Below, in pieces: positions 8,646-17,687 of a stretch of 64,000 nucleotides of DNA. The notes under the pieces were generated by a model. That model was not told the origin of the DNA and ran no database searches. It was given only the letters and a program-made list of their open reading frames with translations. Positions within the stretch are counted from its first letter, which is position 1; every line of letters starts with the position of its first letter. Both the position numbers and the translations under genes were made by a program. Source of the stretch: an uncultured Chloroflexia bacterium (GTDB lineage: Bacteria; Chloroflexota; Limnocylindria; Limnocylindrales; CSP1-4); NCBI GenBank assembly GCA_963746845.1, contig CAVVCZ010000005.1, positions 416,001-480,000 on the forward strand, written 5' to 3'.

Positions 8646-9305
8646 ATGGGCCCTCGACGCTGGTTTCCGGACGCCCTGACGGGCGAGCGCGTCGTCCTCC
8701 GACGACATGCGCCGGACAACATCCGTGCGTTCGAGCGGTGGTACAGCGACCCCGAGGTGGTCCGCCTCACGCGCTACCAGGACGGCCCGATGCGCCGCGA
8801 CGAGATCGAGCGCTTCTTCGCCGCGCGCGCGCTGGGCGTCGAGTCGCTGGCGATGGCGATCCACGTCCGGGAGACGGATCGGCTGATCGGGACGTGCGCC
8901 CTGTCGCAGCTCGACGCGGACAACGGCTCCGCGCTCTACCACATCACGATCGGCGAGAAGGACGCGTGGGGCCTGGGCTACGGGACCGAGGCGACCCGCC
9001 TGATCATGGGCCACGCCTTCGACGGGCTGGGGCTCCACCGCGTCGCCCTGTCGGTGTTCGCCTTCAACGAGCGCGCGATCCGCGCCTACCAGTCCGTCGG
9101 CTTCGTCATCGAGGGTCGTGCCCGCGAGGCGATCTGGCGCGAGGGCCGCTGGTGGGACGAGCTGTCGATGAGCCTCCTGGACACGGACTGGGCGGCGATC
9201 CGGACCGGCACGACGCCGCCGCGCCGGGCGCGGTCCTCGACCGGTGGCGGGAGCGCCGGTCGGACGCCCGGCGCGCTCGCCGGCATCCTCGGCCGGCGAC
9301 GTTGA
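8646..9305 (+). CDS. GNAT family N-acetyltransferase (RimJ/RimL-like)
   Basis: WGLGYGTEA, LHRVALSV, NERAIRAYQSVGF motifs. Confidence 0.9.
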   Translation: MGPRRWFPDALTGERVVLRRHAPDNIRAFERWYSDPEVVRLTRYQDGPMRRDEIERFFAARALGVESLAMAIHVRETDRLIGTCALSQLDADNGSALYHITIGEKDAWGLGYGTEATRLIMGHAFDGLGLHRVALSVFAFNERAIRAYQSVGFVIEGRAREAIWREGRWWDELSMSLLDTDWAAIRTGTTPPRRARSSTGGGSAGRTPGALAGILGRRR

Positions 9306-9580
9306 GCAGCGAGGGTCCGGCCGCGGATGCGGCCCGTGCCGACGTCCGCGAGCTGATCAACGCCAAGGGGCATGTCGTCGAGAACGCCCGGCTGGCGGTC
9401 GACCGGCTGGAGGCCGCGTTCGAGGCGGGCGATCTGCAGCGGACCCCGGAGCTGATGCTGTTCCTCGCGGACCTCGGGCCGGCGCTCGAGCAGGACGAGG
9501 GCCAGAAGCTCGGTGGCAAGAGCGCCGAGGCGGCCCGGTTCATCCTCCGCGCGATCGACGGGGCGCTGGACGAGGCGTAG
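9302..9580 (+). CDS. Hypothetical helical protein (92 aa)
   Basis: TTGA overlap with the GNAT stop; high GC3. Confidence 0.6.
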   Translation: MSSEGPAADAARADVRELINAKGHVVENARLAVDRLEAAFEAGDLQRTPELMLFLADLGPALEQDEGQKLGGKSAEAARFILRAIDGALDEA

Positions 9581-9591
9581 GTCCCCGCGGT

Positions 9592-10668
9592 TCAGCCGGC
9601 GGGTGCCGGGCTCTCGCTCGTGACGGGCTCGGGCGAGGCCGTCGGCGACGGTTCCTCGGACGGCGGAGGCGTCGGTGCGGCAGGGGTCGGGCTCGGCGTC
9701 GCTGCGGGCGGCGTGACCGCGGTCGACGGCGTGGCAGCCGCCGCGGCCGCCGCATCGGCCGTCGCGGTTGCCGTCGCCGTCGGCGTCGGGTCCGGGGTCG
9801 GCGTGGGCTCCGGGGTCGGCGTCGGCGTCGGGGTCGGCGTCGGCTCGGGCAGTCCGTCGCGGGTCGGCACGATCAGGATGTAACGCCGGTACCACTCGGA
9901 CGCGCTCGAGCGGATCGAGCTTCGCCGCCAGCCGGCGCTGTACGGGTCGTCGAGCGGGCTGTCGATCTCGCGATAGGTCTGGAGCCGGTACGACGTGTCA
10001 CCGGACTTCAGGGACAGCCGGTTGATGTAGCGGTTGACGGTGCGGTCGGATCGGAGCGGGTCGGACAGCCACAGGCCGGCGACGGTGAAGTTGTCCGAGG
10101 TCGCCGGGTTCTCGCCGGTCACCACGTAGCCCGTCGCGACCTGGGCGTGACCGCCGGCATGGCCGAGGACGCCGACCGGCATGTGGTAGCGGGCGATGGA
10201 GATCACCGCGGCCTTGAGCGCGCCGTCGAACGACCCGTACGCCCGGTCGTCGTAGACCCGCTGGTTCGGGTCGGTCATCGCGGGGGTGCCCCAGCCGTAG
10301 TAGTTCAGCGCGTTCCGCCAGCCGTGCGGGTCGCTGCCCGGGCGGCCGGACGAGAGGGTGTCGTGGCTCCGCTCGAACGACAGGATCGACGTCATGTCGC
10401 GGACCACGGCCTTGTTCGAGCTGTTCTGGGTCCGGTACACGGTCCAGCGGAAGCCGTTCCCGCCGCTGTCGTTCAGGTCGATGAAGTTGAGCATCATCAT
10501 CGCCGCGGCGGCGGTGCAGGCCGTGTAGTACGGGTCCTGGTAGAGGAAGCCGGCAGCGCGATAGAGGTTGAACCGCCAGATCGTCGCCGCGGACGCGGAC
10601 ACCGGGATCAGACCCGCCAGCAGGAGCAGGCCGGAGGCAAGCGCAAGCGCCGGTCGCAGACGGATCAA
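9592..10668 (-). CDS. Secreted papain-like (C39-like) peptidase domain protein with Pro/Thr tail
   Basis: GGAGGA + TTG start; signal peptide; Q-x5-C (QDPYYTAC), GHAQVATGY, LSDP give a putative Cys-His-Asp triad. Confidence 0.6.
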   Translation of the reverse strand: MIRLRPALALASGLLLLAGLIPVSASAATIWRFNLYRAAGFLYQDPYYTACTAAAAMMMLNFIDLNDSGGNGFRWTVYRTQNSSNKAVVRDMTSILSFERSHDTLSSGRPGSDPHGWRNALNYYGWGTPAMTDPNQRVYDDRAYGSFDGALKAAVISIARYHMPVGVLGHAGGHAQVATGYVVTGENPATSDNFTVAGLWLSDPLRSDRTVNRYINRLSLKSGDTSYRLQTYREIDSPLDDPYSAGWRRSSIRSSASEWYRRYILIVPTRDGLPEPTPTPTPTPTPEPTPTPDPTPTATATATADAAAAAAATPSTAVTPPAATPSPTPAAPTPPPSEEPSPTASPEPVTSESPAPAG

Positions 10669-10831
10669 GCGATCGACTCCTCCGTGTCCGCCGGTCCCGG
10701 CGGATCGTGACGCGCCGCATGGTGCGGGCGGCTGCCAGCATCGGGCCCGCGTCCCGGGGAGCCAATCGACCGATCGTACCGACGGTCGCATCCCTCGATG
10801 GCGCCGGTGCAGATCGGCACCGGGCGGCGGC

Positions 10832-12106
10832 TCAGAGGTTCGGCGAAACGTCGGCCGGGCGATCGTCACGCACGATCCGCCCGCCCTGGAGCACGACGAC
10901 CGGGCGTTCCAGGAGGGTCACGTCGGCCAGCGGATCGCCGTCGACCGCGACGAGATCCGCGAACCGGCCGGCGCCGAGCGACCCCACCCGATCGGACCAG
11001 CCCATCGCGGCGGCGGCCACCGTCGTGGCAGATCGGATCGCGTCCAGCGGCGTCATCCCGGCGCGGACATACGAGGCGAACTGCCCGGCGTTCAGCCCGT
11101 GCGGATAGACGCCGCTGTCCGTGCCGAACGAGATCCGGACACCGGCGGCGATCGCCCTGCGCGCGACGATCTCGGTCGAGTCCTGGGCCTCGCGCATCTT
11201 GCGCATCGTGTCGGCCGGCCAGCCGAGGGGCTCGCCGTGCTCGAGGGCCCACTCGCCGTCGACCAGGTCGCACGTGTAGAACGTGCCCGTGTCGGCGAGC
11301 ATCGCGATCGCCTCGTCATCGAGGAACGAGCCGTGCTCCACGGATCGCGCACCGGCCCGGATCGCCCGCTTCGCGCCCTCGGCGCCGTGGGCGTGGACCG
11401 CGACGAACGCGTCGTAGTAGGCGGCTTCCTCGACGGCCGTCCGGAGCTGCTCCTCGGTGAGCTCGGGGGCGCCCGGCACGCCGCCGCGGGTCAGGATCGC
11501 GCCGGTGCCGATGCACTTGATCAGGTCCGCGCCGCCGATGAGGAGTCGCCGGACCCGGTCGCGCACCTCATCGACGGTCGTGACGACGCCGAACCGGAGA
11601 TCGTCGGGGAGCCGGATGTCCTGCGCCAGGCCGACGACGTCGCCGCCTCCCCAGGGCGACGTGACGAACGCTCCGGCGCACTGCATCCGCGGTCCGACGA
11701 CGTCGCCCCGATCGATGGCGTCGCGCAGCGCGCAGTCCGTGAAGGCCCGGAACGGCCCGAGGTCGCGAACGCTCGTGAACCCGGCCCGGAGCGTCACGCC
11801 CGCGTGCCGGACACCGATGAGCACGTCCTCGGCGGCGGACGTCGTCGTCGCCGGCACGCCGGCCTCCTGGACGTCGCCGACGAGATGGGTGTGGACATCG
11901 ATCAGGCCCGGCAGGACCGTCAGGCCCCCGAGGTCGACGACCACCGCGTCATCGGGGATCCCGTCGCCTGCCCCGGCCTCGGCGATGACACGCCCGTCCG
12001 CCACGTGCAGGACCCGATCTCGGCGGACGGTGCCGGCTTCGACGTCGAGCAGGGCGCCGCAGCGGATCGCCACGGGGCGGCGGGGATCCGGGCCTTGGGC
12101 GGGCAT
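10832..12106 (-). CDS. Metal-dependent amidohydrolase (Xaa-Pro dipeptidase-like)
   Basis: PGLIDVHTH, GFTSVRDLG, VHAHG, EHG, FGTDSG motifs. Confidence 0.92.
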   Translation of the reverse strand: MPAQGPDPRRPVAIRCGALLDVEAGTVRRDRVLHVADGRVIAEAGAGDGIPDDAVVVDLGGLTVLPGLIDVHTHLVGDVQEAGVPATTTSAAEDVLIGVRHAGVTLRAGFTSVRDLGPFRAFTDCALRDAIDRGDVVGPRMQCAGAFVTSPWGGGDVVGLAQDIRLPDDLRFGVVTTVDEVRDRVRRLLIGGADLIKCIGTGAILTRGGVPGAPELTEEQLRTAVEEAAYYDAFVAVHAHGAEGAKRAIRAGARSVEHGSFLDDEAIAMLADTGTFYTCDLVDGEWALEHGEPLGWPADTMRKMREAQDSTEIVARRAIAAGVRISFGTDSGVYPHGLNAGQFASYVRAGMTPLDAIRSATTVAAAAMGWSDRVGSLGAGRFADLVAVDGDPLADVTLLERPVVVLQGGRIVRDDRPADVSPNL

Positions 12107-12130
12107 CGCGGGGATCGTACGACAACCCCC

Positions 12131-12161
12131 TTGACTCTCGACCTGCCCGAGAGTCCACGAT
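12131..12161 (+). promoter_or_regulatory. MerR-type promoter with 19-bp spacer and operator palindrome
   Basis: TTGACT-19 nt-CACGAT; inverted repeat GACTCTCG-N7-CGAGAGTC (12133-12155) over the spacer. Confidence 0.85.
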
Positions 12162-12167
12162 GCACCT

Positions 12168-13013
12168 GTGGATGACGACCTGCTGTCGATCGGACGGTTC
12201 GCGAGGCTCGCCGGCCTGAGCGTGGGCGCACTGCGCCACTACGACGAGCTGGACCTGCTCCGCCCGGCCGACATCGACCGCTTCACCGGCTACCGCCACT
12301 ACCGGCGGGCGCAGCTCGAGACCGCGCGGACGATCGCCCGCCTGCGCGACCTCGAGGTGCCGCTCGACGAGATCCGGGAGGTCCTGGCGATGGACGACCC
12401 GGCCGAGCAGCGGCGGCGGCTCGCCGTCCATCGGGCGCGCATCGTCGCCCGCACCGACCGACTGACCCGTCTGCTCCACGTCGTGGGGCGGATGACCGAC
12501 GGAAAGGACCCGATCATGACGAACACCGCAGCCGACCCATCGGCGGCGACCACCGTGGAGCTGGAGGCGGCGACCCACCGCCAGCTCGGGGTCGACCTGT
12601 TCAACAGCACCTGGACGCTCATCGAGCGCCCGGACCGATCGCCGGCTGAGACCGACGAGATGATCCATCGCGCGCACGCCTCGCGCTGGCACTGGGCCCG
12701 CGCTGGCACCACCGTCAACCTGGCCCGCGGCGAGTGGCTGTGCTCGCGTGTCTACGCGACGATCGGCCGCGGCGAGCCCGCCCAGTGGCACGCTCGGCGA
12801 TGTGTCGAGATCACCGAGGCGCTGACGGCCGACGAGCGGGAGAGCTGGGACCTGCCGGCCGCATACGAGGCGATGGCCCGGGCGGCGTTCGTGGGCGGCG
12901 ATGCCGTGACGGGGGCGTTGTGGAAGGGCAAGGCAACGGCCGCGCTCGCGGACATCACGGATGCGGACGATCGGTTGCCGATCGAGGGGGACCTCGCGAC
13001 ATTGCCGGGCTGA
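12168..13013 (+). CDS. MerR family transcriptional regulator fused to a helical C-terminal domain
   Basis: LSIGRFARLAGLS..ALRHYDELDLLRP..D..TGYRHY HTH; unrelated all-alpha C-terminal domain. Confidence 0.9.
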   Translation: MDDDLLSIGRFARLAGLSVGALRHYDELDLLRPADIDRFTGYRHYRRAQLETARTIARLRDLEVPLDEIREVLAMDDPAEQRRRLAVHRARIVARTDRLTRLLHVVGRMTDGKDPIMTNTAADPSAATTVELEAATHRQLGVDLFNSTWTLIERPDRSPAETDEMIHRAHASRWHWARAGTTVNLARGEWLCSRVYATIGRGEPAQWHARRCVEITEALTADERESWDLPAAYEAMARAAFVGGDAVTGALWKGKATAALADITDADDRLPIEGDLATLPG

Positions 13014-13048
13014 CCCTTGGCCCGGTCCGGCCCCAACCACGCCCTGCC

Positions 13049-13199
13049 CATGCGCCGGGTGCGTCAAACGACGCCCGGCGCATCCGACAAGCGACGAATG
13101 GTGCGTCAGGTGCGTCAAACGGCGGCTGAACGCCCCGATTCGGCCGCCGCCAGGGCTACCCGAGTGCCCTCGCCGGTCGTTTGACGCGCCGCGCGCATG
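13049..13199. repeat. ~150-bp intergenic element bounded by ~24-bp imperfect inverted repeats
   Basis: CATGCGCCGGGTGCGTCAAACGAC (13049-13072) vs GTCGTTTGACGCGCCGCGCGCATG (13176-13199); internal copies of GGTGCGTCA. Confidence 0.6.
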
Positions 13200-13252
13200 A
13201 ATCGCGATCGACGCACCGACGGAGTCCAGCGTCGGCGCCCTAGACTCCACGG

Positions 13253-14206
13253 ATGACGCACGTGAAGATCGGGATCAACCTCTGGAGCCAGGCCTCCTCC
13301 TGGCCGGATTTCCTCGCCGCCGCCCAACGCGTGGAACGGCTCGGCTACGACAGCCTGTGGACGTGGGACCACCTCCACGCGATCATCGGCGACCCGCAGC
13401 AGCCGATCTTCGAGGGCTACACGACCCTCGGGGCGTGGGCCATGGCCACCGAGCGCGTGAAGCTCGGGTTGATGGTCGGGGCGAACACCTTCCGCAACCC
13501 GGGGCTCGTCGTGAAGAGCATCACGACCCTCGACCACATCAGCGGCGGCCGGGCGATCCTCGGGATCGGCGGCGCATGGTTCGAGTACGAGCACACCGCG
13601 CACGGGATCGACTTCGGGTCGGGGTTCGGGCAGCGACTCACCTGGCTCGACGAGTCCGTCGCCGCGATGCGGACGCTGCTCGACGGCGGCACCGTGACCT
13701 CGGCGCCGGGCGGCCGGTACCAGTTCGAGGACCTCCACCACGTCCCGGACCCGATCCAGCGTCGCGTCCCGATCATGATCGGCGGCACCGGGCGGACGAA
13801 GACCCTCCGGACGATCGCCCGCTACGGCGACCAGTGGAACGCCGCCGGGACGCCGGAGCTGCTCGCCGAGCTCACGCCGATCCTCGACAGCTATCTCGCC
13901 GGGGAGGGCCGGCCGAAGGATGCGGTGGAGCGCACCTCGAACATCTGGATGGTCATCCGGGATGACGAGCGGGAGGCGCGACGCGTCTGGGACGAGTCGA
14001 TGAGTCTCAACCGCAACGAAGTTGACCTGAAGCTGATCGCCGAGCAACGACCGATGCTCGGCAGCCCGGCGAAGATCGCGGCGCGGATCCAGCAATACGT
14101 CGATGCCGGGTTCCCGACCCAGATCCTCGAGGTGCCGGCGCCATACGACGTGGAGACCTTGGAGCGGCTGATCGGCGAGGTCGTGCCCCTGCTCCACGCC
14201 GGCTGA
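13253..14206 (+). CDS. LLM-class flavin/F420-dependent oxidoreductase
   Basis: GYDSLWTWDH, FRNPG, LDHISGGRAILGIGGAW, PIMIGG. Confidence 0.92.
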   Translation: MTHVKIGINLWSQASSWPDFLAAAQRVERLGYDSLWTWDHLHAIIGDPQQPIFEGYTTLGAWAMATERVKLGLMVGANTFRNPGLVVKSITTLDHISGGRAILGIGGAWFEYEHTAHGIDFGSGFGQRLTWLDESVAAMRTLLDGGTVTSAPGGRYQFEDLHHVPDPIQRRVPIMIGGTGRTKTLRTIARYGDQWNAAGTPELLAELTPILDSYLAGEGRPKDAVERTSNIWMVIRDDEREARRVWDESMSLNRNEVDLKLIAEQRPMLGSPAKIAARIQQYVDAGFPTQILEVPAPYDVETLERLIGEVVPLLHAG

Positions 14207-14210
14207 CGCG

Positions 14211-14663
14211 GTGCCCGAGGCCGCGCGATCCCGCTCGATCGGCAGCGCGGTTGGACGGCTGATCGCCGTCTTCGACGATCCGGCGGCGGTCGAGCAGGCT
14301 CGCACAGCGCTGATCGCCGCGGGCATCGCTCCTGCTGCGATCGAGACCTTTGCGGGGCCCGAGGCGGAGGGGGCCTTCGACCCGACTGGCGAACGCCACG
14401 GGATCCTCGGCGTCGCCTACCGGGTCCTCGAGTTCAGCTGGGCCGACCAGGCGCCCGACTTCGCCTGGTACGACGCCGCGATCCGCGAGGGCCGGATCGT
14501 GATGAGCGTCCGGGTCAAGGGCCAGCGGCATGTCGCCCACGCTGCCCGGATCGTCGACGAGCATGGCGGCCACTTCATCAACCACTTCGGCTGGTTCGAG
14601 ACCCAGGAGTTCACGCGGTGGCGCGGGGCGGAGCCGGACGTGCCCGGCTTCCTCAGGCGCTAG
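14211..14663 (+). CDS. Hypothetical protein
   Basis: Co-directional, 4 nt after the LLM gene; good coding bias. Confidence 0.65.
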   Translation: MPEAARSRSIGSAVGRLIAVFDDPAAVEQARTALIAAGIAPAAIETFAGPEAEGAFDPTGERHGILGVAYRVLEFSWADQAPDFAWYDAAIREGRIVMSVRVKGQRHVAHAARIVDEHGGHFINHFGWFETQEFTRWRGAEPDVPGFLRR

Positions 14664-14669
14664 CCGCGA

Positions 14670-15860
14670 TCAGCCCGCGACGGCAGCGAGGATCGCGAGG
14701 ATTTCGTTCTTGGTCGGGAAGCGCGGGCTGTTGATGATCGCTGCGTCGTCGATGGCATCCTGAGCGATCGTCGCGTGAGAGTCGCGGGCGAGACCCTGGG
14801 CGGCAAGCGTGCTGCGCTGGCCGACACGCTCGAGCAGGGAGCGCACCGCATCGATCCCGGCCCGGGCAGCGGCGGCAGGGTCGTCGCGGGGATCGGCGGC
14901 ACCGAAGGCGACGGCGACCAGGGCGAGCTCCCGATCGCGGACGTCCAGATACGTCTCGAAGACCTCGGGCATCACGGTCGCGAGCGCGGTGCCGTGGGCG
15001 ATCCGGCCGCGGGTCCCGATCGCGTGGCCGATCGCATGGACGGCACCGACGCCGGTCCCGCTCTGCTGTCCGACGCCGGCGTAGTGGGCGGCCAGCAGCA
15101 TCCGGCTCCGGGCCTCGAGATTTGACCCGTCGTCGACCGCGACCGGTAGCCAGCGCGAGATCGTCCGGCAGGTGCCGAGCGCGATCGCCTCGGCGAACGG
15201 GTTGGGGTTGCGCGACAGCAGTGACTCGAGCGAGTGGGTCAGCGCATCGACCCCTGTCGCGGCGGTTGGGCGGGGCGGCAGGCCGAGCGTGAGCTCGGGG
15301 TCGAGGACCGCGACCCGCGGCAGGACGCTCTCGTGCCCCACGTACCCCTTGCGGCCCACCGTCTCGTCGGTGATCACGCCGTAGGTGTTCGTCTCGGAAC
15401 CGGTGCCGGCCGTCGTCGGGATCGCGATGACCGGCAGCCCCGCCGCGACCGTTTCATCGTGGTAGCCAAGTGACATGACAGCACGCTGATTGGGTGCATG
15501 GAGGGCGATGACCTTGGCCGAGTCCATCGCCGACCCGCCGCCAAGTCCCACGACGACGACGACGCCGCGATCGGGCGCGGCGAGGCTGCGTCGGAGCGCC
15601 TCGGTCCCCCGCTCGATCGACGCCGCGCCCGGGTTCGGCTCGACGCCGTCGAAGAGCTCGGCGTCGATGCCACCGGCACGCAGCAGGTCGACGACCCGGC
15701 CCGCGACCCCGGAGGCAACGACCCCGGGGTCGGTCACGACAAAGGCCGTCGCGGCGCCCAGCTCGCGGACGATCGCCGGCAGCTCACCCACGATCCCGGC
15801 ACCGAACCGCGCCCGGTCGCGGGCCGTGATCTCGAGCCGTCGGCGGGCGTAGCCCTCCAT
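14670..15860 (-). CDS. Iron-containing (type III) alcohol dehydrogenase
   Basis: GGGSAMD, PTTAGTGSE, DALTHSLE, HAIGH, HG metal ligands. Confidence 0.93.
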   Translation of the reverse strand: MEGYARRRLEITARDRARFGAGIVGELPAIVRELGAATAFVVTDPGVVASGVAGRVVDLLRAGGIDAELFDGVEPNPGAASIERGTEALRRSLAAPDRGVVVVVGLGGGSAMDSAKVIALHAPNQRAVMSLGYHDETVAAGLPVIAIPTTAGTGSETNTYGVITDETVGRKGYVGHESVLPRVAVLDPELTLGLPPRPTAATGVDALTHSLESLLSRNPNPFAEAIALGTCRTISRWLPVAVDDGSNLEARSRMLLAAHYAGVGQQSGTGVGAVHAIGHAIGTRGRIAHGTALATVMPEVFETYLDVRDRELALVAVAFGAADPRDDPAAAARAGIDAVRSLLERVGQRSTLAAQGLARDSHATIAQDAIDDAAIINSPRFPTKNEILAILAAVAG

Positions 15861-16102
15861 CAGCGGACCTCGAGGACGCGATCCGCCCGCGTGTCCCGCC
15901 GGACCGTGAGCCAGCGCCGGCAGCCTGCGGCGTGGAACCAGCGTTCGGTCGTCTCGCCGTCGGGGTTGTCGAAGATCCAGACCACGTCGTAGTCGCGCGC
16001 GTCGGGATCCTCGATCGTCGATGGCGTCGTCCGACGCTCACCCCCGAACGTGAACTCGTCGAGTGGCCGGCGCCCGCAGCGCGGGCAGTCCAGCTCGTGC
16101 AT
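15860..16102 (-). CDS. soxD: Sarcosine oxidase subunit delta
   Basis: CPRCG..P..EF..GG, NP.G...E.W.H..GC..W zinc motif; overlaps both neighbours. Confidence 0.9.
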   Translation of the reverse strand: MHELDCPRCGRRPLDEFTFGGERRTTPSTIEDPDARDYDVVWIFDNPDGETTERWFHAAGCRRWLTVRRDTRADRVLEVR

Positions 16103-17313
16103 CAGCGCGTCCCCGCCGAGGCCTGGTCCGCCATCGCGAGGTCGTTCCGGAAGCGGTCGAGCCCGAACGGCGCGATCAGCGCCGGCGTCCGGCCCGTCGC
16201 GATCCGCTCGGCCATCGCCTCGCCGCCGGCCGGGATGGCCTTGAACCCCCACGTCCCCCAGCCGGTCGTGATCAGGAACCCGTCCACCCCCGTGTCGCCC
16301 ATGATCGGGCTGAAATCCGCCGAGATGTCGCACAACCCGGCCCACGTCCGGAGGATCCGCATACAGCGCAGGAACGGCAGAAGCGCCGTGATCTTGAAGG
16401 CGTAGCTCCGGAGGGCGTCGAACGACGAGACCCGGGTGAACGACGGCTGGCTGTCGAACTCCGCCCCGATCAGCATCTGGCCTCGCTCGGTCTGGGAGAC
16501 ATAGCACGCGAGCTCGGTCGACGCGACGATCTTGTCGAGGCCCTGGGCGAAGTCGTTCGTGACGAAGGCATGGAGCGGGTGGGTCCGGACGGGCAGCCGG
16601 ACGCCCGCCATCCCGGCGAGCTGCGTGACCCAGCCGCCGACCGCGCTCACGACGATCCCGGCCCGGATCGGCCCCGCGGCGGTCTCCACCCCGACGACCC
16701 GGTCGCCGTCCCGGAGCACGCCCGTCACGCGCCGGTTCTGGATCACGTGGACCCCGCGTGCGGTCGCGCCCGACGCGAGCGCCCACGCGACGCGATCGTG
16801 GCGCGCGGTCGCCGCCGGGACGTGGTGCGAGGCACCGAAGACGGGGTAGCGGCCGCCCCCGGTCAGGTCGATCTGGGGCACGAGCCGCTTCACGTCGGCG
16901 GGGGTCAGGAGCTCCGTGTCCACACCGAACGCCTGGTTCATCAGGACCCGCGCCTGCTCGGTCCGCATCCCCATCTCGCTGTGCGCGATCCAGACGTGAC
17001 CCTTCTTCCGATGGAAGAGCGCCGCGCCCGTCTCGGCCTCGAGGCCCTCGTACAGCTGGAGGCTTCGCCGGTAGAAGCGGATCGCCTCCGGGATCGCGTA
17101 GTTGGCGCGGATGATCGTCGTGTTCCGGCCCGTGTTGCCCGACGCGATGTAGTCGGCCTCGACGACGGCGACGTTCGTGATCCCGTGGCGGGTCGCGAGG
17201 TAGTAGGCAATCGACAGCCCGTGGCCACCGCCACCGACGATCACCACGTCGTAGCTGTCGCGTGGCTCGTGCCAGGCGATCGGCTGGAGCGTCGCGATGT
17301 GCTCGCTCACCAT
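16102..17313 (-). CDS. soxB: Sarcosine oxidase subunit beta (FAD)
   Basis: GGGGHGL, GNTGRNTTIIRANY, ARHD, GWGTWGFKA. Confidence 0.92.
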   Translation of the reverse strand: MVSEHIATLQPIAWHEPRDSYDVVIVGGGGHGLSIAYYLATRHGITNVAVVEADYIASGNTGRNTTIIRANYAIPEAIRFYRRSLQLYEGLEAETGAALFHRKKGHVWIAHSEMGMRTEQARVLMNQAFGVDTELLTPADVKRLVPQIDLTGGGRYPVFGASHHVPAATARHDRVAWALASGATARGVHVIQNRRVTGVLRDGDRVVGVETAAGPIRAGIVVSAVGGWVTQLAGMAGVRLPVRTHPLHAFVTNDFAQGLDKIVASTELACYVSQTERGQMLIGAEFDSQPSFTRVSSFDALRSYAFKITALLPFLRCMRILRTWAGLCDISADFSPIMGDTGVDGFLITTGWGTWGFKAIPAGGEAMAERIATGRTPALIAPFGLDRFRNDLAMADQASAGTR

Positions 17314-17687
17314 CCGAGCCGGCTCCGGAGCTCATCGGCATAGGCGGTCTGCGTCACGAGCAGGGTCGGGTCGCCGACGAGGAGCTTCGCCGGGACGCCG
17401 GCGATCTTCCCCTGGGCGAGCGCGCCGGCCGACGACGGCATGGCCCAGTCGGCATGGTCGGCGAGCGACGCGAGCTCCCCCGCGTCGAGCAGTGCGACGC
17501 TGAAGCCGGCGTCCGGCTCGACGATCGCGTCCGGGTCGTCGACGTCCACCCCCGTCGCCCCCAGGCCGAGGGCCTCGTCGGGCGCGAACCGGATGACGTC
17601 CACGTCGTCGCCGGTCCAGCGCGCTGCGTCGAGCGCGTCGGGCCGCGCCACCACGCGCAGCCCGTCGACGGGCTCAAGCGCGGGCAC
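17307..17687 (-). CDS. Short sarcosine oxidase gamma-like subunit
   Basis: APDEAL motif and position between the alpha- and beta-like genes; only 126 aa. Confidence 0.55.
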   Translation of the reverse strand: MPALEPVDGLRVVARPDALDAARWTGDDVDVIRFAPDEALGLGATGVDVDDPDAIVEPDAGFSVALLDAGELASLADHADWAMPSSAGALAQGKIAGVPAKLLVGDPTLLVTQTAYADELRSRLGW

